Positions 18,569 to 27,681 of a stretch of DNA of 64,000 nucleotides are shown one piece after another (the stretch's first letter is position 1; the number at the start of each line of letters is the position of its first letter). Below the pieces are notes generated by a model. That model made no database searches, was not told the origin of the DNA, and saw only the letters and a program-made list of their open reading frames with translations. The DNA is from an uncultured virus (IMG/VR IMGVR_UViG_3300025151_000021). Lineage: Duplodnaviria; Heunggongvirae; Uroviricota; Caudoviricetes. The stretch lies in IMG/VR virus record IMGVR_UViG_3300025151_000021; one strand, 5' to 3'. The position numbers and the translations under genes were made by a program.

Positions 18569-19060
18569 ATGCCCGAAAGAGTTACGAGAGAAGAGAAATC
18601 AGTTGAACTAGCAATATTGAAAGCAAAAGAGGTACTACAAGAAGCACAGAATCTAGGAATTATTCCCCTAGATGAGCCTTCTATGGGTGAGGATGTAAAG
18701 GTCAAGAGACCCAAGAAAAATCCATCAGAGGTTCCTCTTCCTAAGACTAGCAATATCGAAGGTGGTGCGGATTTAATCAACGATGGAACTATGAGAAAAG
18801 CACTGAACGCAATCGCAGATGCGGCAGATGTGTTTGTTAAACAATTTCGTGAGCCTGAAGAAAGAGCAAGAGAAATAGACTTTCCTAGACAGATACAAGC
18901 AGCCAGTGCTAAAGTAGAAAGTTCTCTAGACGCAATAACAGAACTTGCAGAAAGGTTGAGAAATGCCAAAAATGAAAGTGAAATGACTAGTCTAACTAGT
19001 AAATTAGAAAGAGAAATAGCCACGGTAAAGAGATTAAGGGATGTTCCTACTCGTACATAG
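18569..19060 (+). CDS. Hypothetical coiled-coil protein
   Basis: 163-aa ORF with GGAGG RBS. Confidence 0.65.
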   Translation: MPERVTREEKSVELAILKAKEVLQEAQNLGIIPLDEPSMGEDVKVKRPKKNPSEVPLPKTSNIEGGADLINDGTMRKALNAIADAADVFVKQFREPEERAREIDFPRQIQAASAKVESSLDAITELAERLRNAKNESEMTSLTSKLEREIATVKRLRDVPTRT

Positions 19061-19073
19061 ATGAGGGGAATAC

Positions 19074-21656
19074 ATGCCAAGAACAGGTTTATCCTTTGAA
19101 AAGGAAACCAACGCATTGACTAAGAAAGTGTTGGACTTCTTTGAAAGGGTACGCTATGCATATCTCTCTGCTAGGGAAAACCCAAATGAGTATGGTAAGA
19201 AGTGGTCTTCAACTGTAAAAAGCATAAGAGATGAATATGACGGACTTGGTAAGTTCGCAGAAGCACTGAAAGAAAATGTGAGTGAGAAGGAACTCTTCGA
19301 TGACAGGGCTACGGATGCAGAATCCAATGTAGCCAAGAGAGTCTATGAAGACATAAAGAAAATGAGATTCGAGTCAGCAGAGGTAAGCGACCCATTCTCG
19401 AAGCAACTAGGCAACAGAGTCCTAGAGAGACTTCTTGATGACGAGGCTATCTTTGCAGCATTCATACACTATGCTCTGAGAAGTCATACAAACGCACTCC
19501 CAAAGAAAGCATGGGAAGAAGCGGAACTCAAACCTGATGAGATAAGCCAAGGTGCTATGGGTTTGGATATCGAACCCAAGGACATACCACTCTACATCAT
19601 AGAGCATTATGGTGATGATAAGGATAGCAGAAGAGTACAAGGCAAATTCAAGAGAGCCTACTCTCTACTAGAAAGAGTATACAACAGCCAATACTCGGAG
19701 GAGAAATGGGAAGCATTAGAAGACTTGGACATAGCAAAATCCGATGAAGAGAAGGCCGATGTTGACTTCATGGTTCCCAACAAACCAATGTACAGAATCT
19801 TTGAGATAGACGACATGAAGGAAATCAAGGGACTCAGTGGTGAGTATGTCGTTCAAGAGAAGTACGATGGTATGCGAGTTCAGATTCACAAGTTCAACAA
19901 TGAAATCAGGATATTCTCCTACAATGAGAAAAACATAACTGATAAGTGTTCAGAACAAGTAAAGAAGATGGAGAACAAGGCGTTTGGCGATTGCATACTA
20001 GATGGGGAACTCATGCTCTTCAAGGGGGATGAAGCATTACATAGAGCAGATACCATAACTCACATATTCAAGAAGAAACTAGATGGTGGAAAACTAAGAC
20101 TACATGTTTTTGACATAATGAGACATGAGGGTAAGGACTTAGCAGATGAACCATTGAGGGAGAGAATAAACATACTTCTCTATCAATTCGCACAGCACTC
20201 CTCTGAGGTTTTGGCCTTCCCGTCCAAGAAGGATACTAGGATTGCTGATTCGATGGATGAAGTGGACGAGTATGCTAGGAAGATAATGGAGATGCCAACA
20301 TCTGAAGGAGTTGTAATCAAAGACATAGAATCTACATACTACATAGGAAAGAAGAAGAATCCCAAGTGGATTAAGTGGAAGAAGTATGTGGATTTGGATG
20401 TCATTGTCCTAGATGACAAGAAAACAGGTAGTGGTTTGCACTCCTATACAATGGGTATTGGTCCACTCTCCGCAGAGCAGAAGAGGGATATGAAGTCAGT
20501 AGAGATAGAAGGCAAGGACTATCTTCCAGTTGGCAAGGCACTCAATACTAAGATAGAGGTCAGTGTTGGCTCGATAATAAGAGTCAAGGTTGATGAGGTA
20601 AACAAGAAGAAGGATGGATTTAGCCTCTACTCAGCAAAACTGATTGAACTTCCTGAAGTTGATGAGCCTGATAAGTTAGAGACACTAGAGCAACTTTCTA
20701 CTAAGACTAAGAAATCTCTGACAAGAGGAGTCTTACCTGTATTCAGTGCTAAGGATTTGGCAAACCCACTTGCTGTCATGGCAGAACTTCGTGCAAAGGA
20801 TGAGAAGAAAGTCAAGAAGTATGTGGTGACAGACTATGTTCATGGTGAAGCCGATATCATTTGCAAGTATGACACAGAGGGCTTTACCATCTATGGCTTC
20901 GATGGTGATGAGTTGATGCAGAAGAATGCTCTGACTCAGATGGATGACTTGAGAGACCAACTATCAAAGTTCATGAAATCTAGGAAGTCCAAACTAAGAG
21001 CGCAGATTAGAGATATAATATCTGAAAACAATGGACCTATGGAGTTCGATGACATTGAGGAGAAGGTCAGATTACAAGCCGACGATGCCTATGATGAAAT
21101 CTTTGAACTAAAGCCCAAGGAACTATTGGCTTGGATGAAGAACCAAGATATATTCATCTTCATCTCACCTAAGCGGTTCGATGTATCCTCTGAAGTTATT
21201 GAGAAGGATGAGGAAGAACAACTGACTGGTGAGTATGAGGTTCGTCAGAGGGATGATGGAAATATTGATTTTGTCATAGAGACAGAGGATGATAGAATGG
21301 CTTGGTTGATTGACATAGAGAAGCCCACGGACATCTATGAGTTGTTTGGTAAGTCAGGAAAGTACCCGGCGATGGTCTCCGAGAAAATAGACAGCACAAA
21401 GGTTCTAGATAAGGGGGAACTAATTTTTGGAGTGCAAAGACATGGCTACCATGAGTATAGGATGGAAGGAGACAAGTTTCAATCAAGAATACATTTCAGA
21501 GTGGTCCCTCTAGATGAAAAGAAGTCTTGGATAGTTTTCACAGGTAAGAAACAAGAAATGCTAGATGATTCTTCAGATGAGGGAATTGTAGATATTAAAC
21601 AAGATAAGTTTAGCAACTTAGAACTTCCTGACGTTTCTTCTCCTACAGATGAATAG
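19074..21656 (+). CDS. lig: ATP-dependent DNA ligase with extra N-terminal helical and C-terminal LigD-phosphoesterase-like domains
   Basis: Motif I QEKYDGMR, III ILDGEL, IIIa HVFDI, IV EGVVIK, V WIKWKK, then an OB domain. Confidence 0.9.
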   Translation: MPRTGLSFEKETNALTKKVLDFFERVRYAYLSARENPNEYGKKWSSTVKSIRDEYDGLGKFAEALKENVSEKELFDDRATDAESNVAKRVYEDIKKMRFESAEVSDPFSKQLGNRVLERLLDDEAIFAAFIHYALRSHTNALPKKAWEEAELKPDEISQGAMGLDIEPKDIPLYIIEHYGDDKDSRRVQGKFKRAYSLLERVYNSQYSEEKWEALEDLDIAKSDEEKADVDFMVPNKPMYRIFEIDDMKEIKGLSGEYVVQEKYDGMRVQIHKFNNEIRIFSYNEKNITDKCSEQVKKMENKAFGDCILDGELMLFKGDEALHRADTITHIFKKKLDGGKLRLHVFDIMRHEGKDLADEPLRERINILLYQFAQHSSEVLAFPSKKDTRIADSMDEVDEYARKIMEMPTSEGVVIKDIESTYYIGKKKNPKWIKWKKYVDLDVIVLDDKKTGSGLHSYTMGIGPLSAEQKRDMKSVEIEGKDYLPVGKALNTKIEVSVGSIIRVKVDEVNKKKDGFSLYSAKLIELPEVDEPDKLETLEQLSTKTKKSLTRGVLPVFSAKDLANPLAVMAELRAKDEKKVKKYVVTDYVHGEADIICKYDTEGFTIYGFDGDELMQKNALTQMDDLRDQLSKFMKSRKSKLRAQIRDIISENNGPMEFDDIEEKVRLQADDAYDEIFELKPKELLAWMKNQDIFIFISPKRFDVSSEVIEKDEEEQLTGEYEVRQRDDGNIDFVIETEDDRMAWLIDIEKPTDIYELFGKSGKYPAMVSEKIDSTKVLDKGELIFGVQRHGYHEYRMEGDKFQSRIHFRVVPLDEKKSWIVFTGKKQEMLDDSSDEGIVDIKQDKFSNLELPDVSSPTDE

Positions 21657-21663
21657 CGAGTAG

Positions 21664-21672
21664 TTCATATAG
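21664..21672 (+). promoter_or_regulatory. Possible TATA-box promoter of the protease/capsid operon
   Basis: TTCATATAG-like element about 25 nt upstream of the GTG start, in one of the few intergenic gaps; spacing fits a leaderless archaeal transcript. Confidence 0.3.
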
Positions 21673-21693
21673 TAAAAGATAATTCCTTTTGTA

Positions 21694-22941
21694 GTGTTTG
21701 CACCGCAGGAGGTTTTGATTAAGCAGGAAACTGATACTGGTTTCACCATATTAAAGTCAGAAGAATTGACAATTGGGGGCTATGCATCAATAGAAGTAGT
21801 AGACAAGCAAAATGACTTGATTACACTAGAAGCATTAGAAAAAGCAGTAGCAGAATTCATGGAGAAGAAGTCTTATCGAAATGTAATGTCAAACCATTCA
21901 AATGTTCAGGTCGGGGAGGTAGTAGAGCAATATCGAGATACTAACGGGGTATTACACAAGACAGGTGTTGACAACGTTGGGTTCTATGTAGTTATCAAAA
22001 TGAGAGATGACATAGAAAAGGCAAAGGAAATCTCAAGAGGTATTAGAAAAGGAACTCTACGGTCTTTCAGTATAGGTGGACAAGCAATATCAAAGAAACA
22101 AAGAACATCGGAGGAATACGGGGAATACAACGAGATTGATAGTCTTGAACTACATGAAGTAACAATCTGTGAGAAAGGAATAAACCCCGAAGCAAAATTC
22201 GACATATTAAAACACGAAAATGGAGGTGATAATTTGTCAGAAAAGTTAGAAAGCGCACTGGAAGAGTTGAATGGTCTGCTAAAGCAGGTTCAGGAAGCAA
22301 CTGGTGCAACAATTGAAACAGAAAATGTTGTAAAAGAAGAAATGGATGAAAAAATGATGGAAGACAAAATGGAAGAGGACAAAATGATGTCCGAGAAGAT
22401 GGAAGACGACGAGAAGATGATGTACGACAAAGAAGAAGTCGAGACAATGGATGACGAAACCAAGGCTCTCGATGAGGATTCTACCCGTGATTATCAAGCC
22501 GGAGAAACCATCGTCAGTGGTGGAAAGCCTGTAGGAACCCCTGCACAACTTAGCGTTGCAAAGGGTCTAGAAGGCTCGGACTTCACTACACTTGACCTCT
22601 CCCATGAGAACGTTGAGAAGGCATACGAGCAGTACAAAGCCGAGCAGTTGGAGAAGTTGGCATACGACAGTCTCTCCAAGCAGTTCGAGTCTCGATTTGC
22701 TTCAGAGATGGCAGTAAAGAAGTCGGCGGCTGAGAAAGCCGAGTACGACGCAAGAACTGAAGTCTCTGTACTCAAAGAGGAGTTCGCTGAACTCCGAAAG
22801 GCTCTCACTGAGAGAGACACAGAAATTCGCAAGGCTGCTGAAGTAGCAATGGAGTTACCCGAAGGTTTCCCAACCACACCTGATGCTGTGGCTGAGATGT
22901 CTTGGGGAGACATCCACAACCTTGCAAGGAGAGTGAACTAG
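21694..22941 (+). CDS. Prohead (maturation) protease fused to scaffold
   Basis: GGYASIEVVDKQNDLI, MSNH, RSFSIGG, LHEVTICEKGINPEAKF (HK97-type protease); acidic Met-rich linker and coiled-coil C-terminus; directly before the capsid gene. Confidence 0.92.
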   Translation: MFAPQEVLIKQETDTGFTILKSEELTIGGYASIEVVDKQNDLITLEALEKAVAEFMEKKSYRNVMSNHSNVQVGEVVEQYRDTNGVLHKTGVDNVGFYVVIKMRDDIEKAKEISRGIRKGTLRSFSIGGQAISKKQRTSEEYGEYNEIDSLELHEVTICEKGINPEAKFDILKHENGGDNLSEKLESALEELNGLLKQVQEATGATIETENVVKEEMDEKMMEDKMEEDKMMSEKMEDDEKMMYDKEEVETMDDETKALDEDSTRDYQAGETIVSGGKPVGTPAQLSVAKGLEGSDFTTLDLSHENVEKAYEQYKAEQLEKLAYDSLSKQFESRFASEMAVKKSAAEKAEYDARTEVSVLKEEFAELRKALTERDTEIRKAAEVAMELPEGFPTTPDAVAEMSWGDIHNLARRVN

Positions 22942-24303
22942 ATGAGTGGATACATTAACACATTGAAAGACCTAGAAGCAGCCACCTATGGCTATGCTGG
23001 CGCACAGGGCAACGCCCTATTGAAGTCGGCTGGTGTTGTTGGTGGTTTTGGAACGCCCCACGATGCAGCAAGCAACCCGTTTTCTGCTGCAAGTGGACTT
23101 GGAGACCTATACAACGTCCTTTACGGACAGAAAGTTTGGTCTATGCTAAACCAAGAGGTTAACCCTCTTGCTATGCTATCCAAGAGACCATACACATCCA
23201 GTGGATGGAGAGTTCTAAAGAGCCGACCAGAAGGTGGTTCAGGTTCTGCTTTCGGAATAGGAACAGGAAACCAAGGTTCCACTACCCCCGCCGCAGACAA
23301 GATTGGTGGAGTTGGTGAGAACGCAACACTAGGAACTGGAAATGATATTCCAGCAATCGCTCCTGAGTACGAAAAACTATACATTAGTCCAAAGACTATT
23401 GCTCACTTGTTTGAGTTCTCAGAACTTGGTATGGAACTTGCTGCCATCGATGATGGTGTAGGTGACATTCGTGCAATCGTCCGTGAGGACATGGGCAAGC
23501 ACCACGCAGAGACACAGAGCAAGATGCTAGTTATGCCTCTTGAGAGGTACGATGATGGAACTGCATCCAACATAGAGAGAAACTACACCTCTCTAATGAA
23601 GATTGTTTCATCTGCTGGTGAGATTGCTGCTATGTACAATGCAAACCTATTGAACACTGGTGCTAACAACGGAGACAACTCCGCAGTAGTCGCTGATGTT
23701 GTAAGACTATTCGGTACTTCCCGAACTGTTTCCATCAGCAGTAACGCTGCAACTGGAACTGCTTCCTTCTTGGATGCAGAAGTTGACTTCGGTGACGGAT
23801 ACGCTGCTGGTGATGCTAGAGTTCTAACACTAACCATGCTCAACGACATGATTAGAAGAATCAGGCAGAACGGCGGAAACCCAAAGGTTATCTTGACTGG
23901 CTACGACACTGTTCAGCACATTGCTGACCTTCTACAGAGTCAAGAGAGATTCATGGACAGGAAAGAAGTTGTACCTACCCACAATGGAGTTCGTGGTGTA
24001 AAGGGTCAAGAAGTTGGATTCAGAGTTGCAACATACTATGACATCCCAATCATCCCAACAAAGGACATGCCTTCTACCGGTAGCAACACAACCAACGAGT
24101 TGAGTGACTTGCTCATCCTAGACACAGACCACCTGTGGCTATCTGTGATGAAGCCAACTCAATACTTCGAGGATGGTATCACTAGTGGAAACCCATTCGG
24201 TGTTGGCAAACTTGGGAACCAAGGAATGTACCGAACAATGGGAGAGACCGGTTGTTCGTTCTTCAAGGGACAAGGAAAGATAACCAACATCAAGAGTGCT
24301 TGA
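22942..24303 (+). CDS. Major capsid protein (HK97 fold)
   Basis: Position after protease; 453 aa; SPKTIAHLFEFSE, GGNPKVILTGY and GFRVATYYDIPII segments. Confidence 0.9.
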   Translation: MSGYINTLKDLEAATYGYAGAQGNALLKSAGVVGGFGTPHDAASNPFSAASGLGDLYNVLYGQKVWSMLNQEVNPLAMLSKRPYTSSGWRVLKSRPEGGSGSAFGIGTGNQGSTTPAADKIGGVGENATLGTGNDIPAIAPEYEKLYISPKTIAHLFEFSELGMELAAIDDGVGDIRAIVREDMGKHHAETQSKMLVMPLERYDDGTASNIERNYTSLMKIVSSAGEIAAMYNANLLNTGANNGDNSAVVADVVRLFGTSRTVSISSNAATGTASFLDAEVDFGDGYAAGDARVLTLTMLNDMIRRIRQNGGNPKVILTGYDTVQHIADLLQSQERFMDRKEVVPTHNGVRGVKGQEVGFRVATYYDIPIIPTKDMPSTGSNTTNELSDLLILDTDHLWLSVMKPTQYFEDGITSGNPFGVGKLGNQGMYRTMGETGCSFFKGQGKITNIKSA

Positions 24304-24314
24304 GGTGATTAGAG

Positions 24315-24650
24315 TTGACACACGCTGTTACTCTAGTTGCTGACCATAAGGGCGTAACTGCCCCAAAGGTAGTAGGTGACGAGTATGTGGTTGATGCAAT
24401 AGTCAACATAACTGCATACGTTCAGGGTGGAATAACTCTGACTGCTGCTTCATTGGGTCTGTCTTCCCTACACTGTGTTCTCGTAACAGGTGTGGAGGAG
24501 ATTGGACACAGTGCTAGAGCCGTCATCAGCACCGCAGGAGCATATGAGTCAGGAACAAGTGCCAAACTTATCCTGTCTACTGGCTCTGCACAACAATCAG
24601 GTACAGGAGATGAAGGCATGGTTAGAGTCCGTGTCTATGGTAATCTCTGA
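24315..24650 (+). CDS. Putative capsid decoration/minor head protein
   Basis: Small beta-rich ORF directly after MCP; GAGGTGA RBS. Confidence 0.55.
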   Translation: MTHAVTLVADHKGVTAPKVVGDEYVVDAIVNITAYVQGGITLTAASLGLSSLHCVLVTGVEEIGHSARAVISTAGAYESGTSAKLILSTGSAQQSGTGDEGMVRVRVYGNL

Positions 24651-24678
24651 AATAACAATGATTAAGTGATAACGTAAA

Positions 24679-24718
24679 GTAGTGGCCTCTGCCCCTAAGA
24701 TGGGGCAGGGGTTACTAC
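24679..24718 (+). terminator. 17-bp RNA stem-loop after the capsid operon
   Basis: GTAGTGGCCTCTGCCCC-TAAGAT-GGGGCAGGGGTTACTAC; fully paired on the + strand with three G-U pairs. Confidence 0.65.
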
Positions 24719-24738
24719 CACAATAAAAAGGTGATATA

Positions 24739-25233
24739 ATGGCAAAAGTAAAGTTAGCAAGACACAGACCAACTGGACCTCTTCTACTACGAAGAGGCGG
24801 TCAAACATATGCATTAACAGCGCAAGAGGAAACTGTTGTTCCACTAGGAATTGCAGTTGGAATGCTAGGAGATTCAGGACTCCTAGTAGAATTGGATGCT
24901 ACTGATTCCTCAGACATCCTGACATTGAATGAATACCTACTCAAGATACTAAAGAAAGAGTTCGACTTAGAAGGAGATGCAAAGGCAGTTAGGGCTGCTC
25001 TATTCCCTTCAGCAAAGAAGGCATTCATACCTAACCTAATCAAAGAGACTCCCGTAGAGGAGACTCCCGTAGAAGAACCAGCAGTAGAGGAAGAACCTGA
25101 AGAGGTTGTTGAGGAAACTGTTGATTACTCACAATACACTGTAAAACAACTCAAGGAGATGCTTGAGGAAAGAGGACTATCAACTGATGGAAAGAAAGCA
25201 GACTTGGTAGAGAGGATGTCGGGGGCTGAATAA
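24739..25233 (+). CDS. Protein with C-terminal SAP/HeH domain
   Basis: YSQYTVKQLKEMLEERGLSTDGKKADLVERM after an E/P-rich linker. Confidence 0.8.
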   Translation: MAKVKLARHRPTGPLLLRRGGQTYALTAQEETVVPLGIAVGMLGDSGLLVELDATDSSDILTLNEYLLKILKKEFDLEGDAKAVRAALFPSAKKAFIPNLIKETPVEETPVEEPAVEEEPEEVVEETVDYSQYTVKQLKEMLEERGLSTDGKKADLVERMSGAE

Positions 25234-25532
25234 TGGCATCTCCCACATGTAACAGCAGTGGAGTTCTATCTACCTCCACAGTTGTAGTGAAGCATCATGC
25301 TAAGATAATGAGCGTACACGCTACATCTACAGCAAACGCACTATTCACTGTCAAGATTTGGGACAGTGACAGTGCATCAGTATCGGGTAAAAAGGAGGTA
25401 GCAAGACTGGAACTACATGCGGGTGGAACTGCTCAGACTATTGAGCAAGACCTACACGGTGTTCTAGTTGCTAATGGCATCTACGCACAGATAGCAACAG
25501 GAACAGGGACTGTTTCAGTCAACTTTGCTTGA
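25233..25532 (+). CDS. Small beta-rich putative virion protein
   Basis: 99-aa coupled ORF, S/T/G-rich. Confidence 0.6.
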   Translation: MASPTCNSSGVLSTSTVVVKHHAKIMSVHATSTANALFTVKIWDSDSASVSGKKEVARLELHAGGTAQTIEQDLHGVLVANGIYAQIATGTGTVSVNFA

Positions 25533-25541
25533 GGTGCTGAT

Positions 25542-25979
25542 ATGCCAAGTATTGATACAGATACCCGACTAGTAATGACAGTTCTATTCGTTGGTGCTAT
25601 AAGCGGAATCAACGTATACTTTTTCTCACAGTATGGTTCTACCTTCGTAAACGCATACGGTCCATATCCCGTAGCAGTGATATTCGGCGTATTGACGGTA
25701 GGTGGGATAATGATACTCAAAGCATTATTCGATTTGATATTGAATGACTACATCGAGGATTTCCTACTTCAGCGACAAATCAACGCTTATTGGAATAGAA
25801 AGGCAAGAGACGAGGATAACAGGAAGAGAGTGAGGGAATCAATGAGAAACTTCCAACAACAATTTGGAATACCTCTTAGCGGTTCTAACGTATACGGTGA
25901 CAGTGTAATGCCAAATCTACCAGTTCAACAAGAGACGCAAACTGTCAGTCCAACTTTTCTAACAGGCTTCAATGAGTGA
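25542..25979 (+). CDS. Membrane protein (2 TM helices plus cytoplasmic coiled coil)
   Basis: Hydrophobic segments LVMTVLFVGAISGINVYFF and VAVIFGVLTVGGIMILKALF. Confidence 0.75.
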   Translation: MPSIDTDTRLVMTVLFVGAISGINVYFFSQYGSTFVNAYGPYPVAVIFGVLTVGGIMILKALFDLILNDYIEDFLLQRQINAYWNRKARDEDNRKRVRESMRNFQQQFGIPLSGSNVYGDSVMPNLPVQQETQTVSPTFLTGFNE

Positions 25980-26206
25980 GTGAGATGGTAAGTGAAATCC
26001 TATTTGGGATGGATGAATCCACACTTGCATACGACTTGCAAAGAGCGCACTCTGCTGATGTGTGGTTTCTAAGAGCAAGATTTTGGCTTTGGGGAACCTT
26101 TGCCTCAATAGCCAGTTTCTTCATAGGCCATGCAATAGCAGTCTTTGGATACAACCTATTCTCAGGTGGTTGGCATATACTGACCACACTTTGGGGCGGT
26201 CATTAA
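25976..26206 (+). CDS. Small membrane protein
   Basis: FWLWGTFASIASFFIGHAIAVFGY hydrophobic helix plus an amphipathic C-terminus. Confidence 0.7.
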   Translation: MSEMVSEILFGMDESTLAYDLQRAHSADVWFLRARFWLWGTFASIASFFIGHAIAVFGYNLFSGGWHILTTLWGGH

Positions 26207-26260
26207 CTTCTCAACCATTTTAATGCTCTACGACATCCGACTCACTGACGAGGTGGTAGC

Positions 26261-26932
26261 ATGTCGGTAATGGCAGGTTTCGCAATACTGATTGTAGAAG
26301 CGATGAACAAGTTGTACAACCGACTTCATGCAATTAATTTCGGCATCTATGGTGCTAGTCAAGCAGGTAAAACCACGTTGCACAAACAACTCATGACTAG
26401 GGGTGAAGTTCCTGAAATCAAAAAAAGAACTGTCGGTAGGCATAGGGCAACTAGAAAGTTCGTAAAGATAGACGGTGATGCACATACTGTCAAGACAGCA
26501 GACATTGGCGGTCAAACGGTATATTGGGGAGAATGGGTCAAGGACATGCGTAGTAGACATGTAAAGTATGTCATATTCATGTTTGATGATAGACATCTGA
26601 GTAAGCACTATGACATTGAACAACAACTATGTTGGACTTTCCTAGTTGACACAATATGCAACCAGTATTGGGAAGTTGGTGGAAAGAAGAAAAAGAAGCA
26701 AGACCATGACTTCCCATTGGCAGTTGGTCTTTGGGCAAACAAGTACGACCTATGGAAAGACAAGTACAACCACCAAGGGAAAATAGAAGACCATCCTATC
26801 TTTGAGTCATTCAAACCCGGTCTACAGAGATTGAATGATGCTGGCATACCCTGCCATAAATACATAGTCAGCGCAAAGTCAGATTCTGAGATGGTATATC
26901 GAGGAGTCCTAACAATGATAAAAGACTACTAG
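26261..26932 (+). CDS. Ras-superfamily small GTPase, Arf/Sar1-like
   Basis: G1 GASQAGKTT, G2 RTVG, G3 DIGGQ, G4 NKYD, G5 SAK; N-terminal hydrophobic/amphipathic helix. Confidence 0.92.
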   Translation: MSVMAGFAILIVEAMNKLYNRLHAINFGIYGASQAGKTTLHKQLMTRGEVPEIKKRTVGRHRATRKFVKIDGDAHTVKTADIGGQTVYWGEWVKDMRSRHVKYVIFMFDDRHLSKHYDIEQQLCWTFLVDTICNQYWEVGGKKKKKQDHDFPLAVGLWANKYDLWKDKYNHQGKIEDHPIFESFKPGLQRLNDAGIPCHKYIVSAKSDSEMVYRGVLTMIKDY

Positions 26933-26966
26933 GTAGTCAGAATAGACAGGCTCATAGCGTGAGCCT
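26924..26966 (+). promoter_or_regulatory. Two short hairpins after the GTPase gene
   Basis: GACTAC-TAG-GTAGTC (stop codon in the loop) and AGGCTCA-TAGCG-TGAGCCT. Confidence 0.4.
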
Positions 26967-26988
26967 ATCGAAAGGAGTTGAAAAAAGA

Positions 26989-27681
26989 ATGACAACACAA
27001 CAATTTCAGCCTCCAAGTTTGATTGGAGCGACAAATGCATCAGTAAATACAAATGGCATGAACCCCTTTCTAGACCGCTTTACTGCGGCTAGAGCAGCAG
27101 GTCCAATAATGGCATATGAGTATAAATCTATGAAACCAAAGAAACAGTTGAAAGAGATTATCAAAGTCTTAAAGCCTGAAAAGAAGACCTTCCTAAAAAT
27201 ACCCTTTAGTTTCAAATACAACATAAAGGATAGATGCGTAATATGCGGAACACAGAAAGTATGGACCTCTAATGACAGCAGAAGACCCCCACTTCCATTG
27301 CATAAAGTTCGCAAGGGATATCCAATGAGAGGAACATACTGTGAGAAACACGCAGCAATACATATGCAGTATGAGATGCTAGAGCAACAGATACTAGCAG
27401 AGGAACATGGTCTCTCCTTTAGTGCTTACATGCCTTCTGCTAGAAGTTTGAATCCAGTCAATCTAGTAAAATCAGGACCACTTACAACATTGAAGCAAGA
27501 GGACATCAACTCGTTGTCATCTCTAGGATGGAGCATATCTCCACCTAGAAACGAAATGGCATCTCCTGAAGAACAACTATATGCCTTGATGATAGAGCAA
27601 TCAGCCATGTCAGAGAGAGTTAAGTCCTTATTGACTAGCGGTGTCGAAGTACCTGTCGGGACAACGGAGAGTGAAGCATAA
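26989..27681 (+). CDS. Zinc-binding (CxxC...CxxH) hypothetical protein
   Basis: RCVICG ... YCEKH; GGAG RBS before ATG 26989. Confidence 0.7.
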   Translation: MTTQQFQPPSLIGATNASVNTNGMNPFLDRFTAARAAGPIMAYEYKSMKPKKQLKEIIKVLKPEKKTFLKIPFSFKYNIKDRCVICGTQKVWTSNDSRRPPLPLHKVRKGYPMRGTYCEKHAAIHMQYEMLEQQILAEEHGLSFSAYMPSARSLNPVNLVKSGPLTTLKQEDINSLSSLGWSISPPRNEMASPEEQLYALMIEQSAMSERVKSLLTSGVEVPVGTTESEA

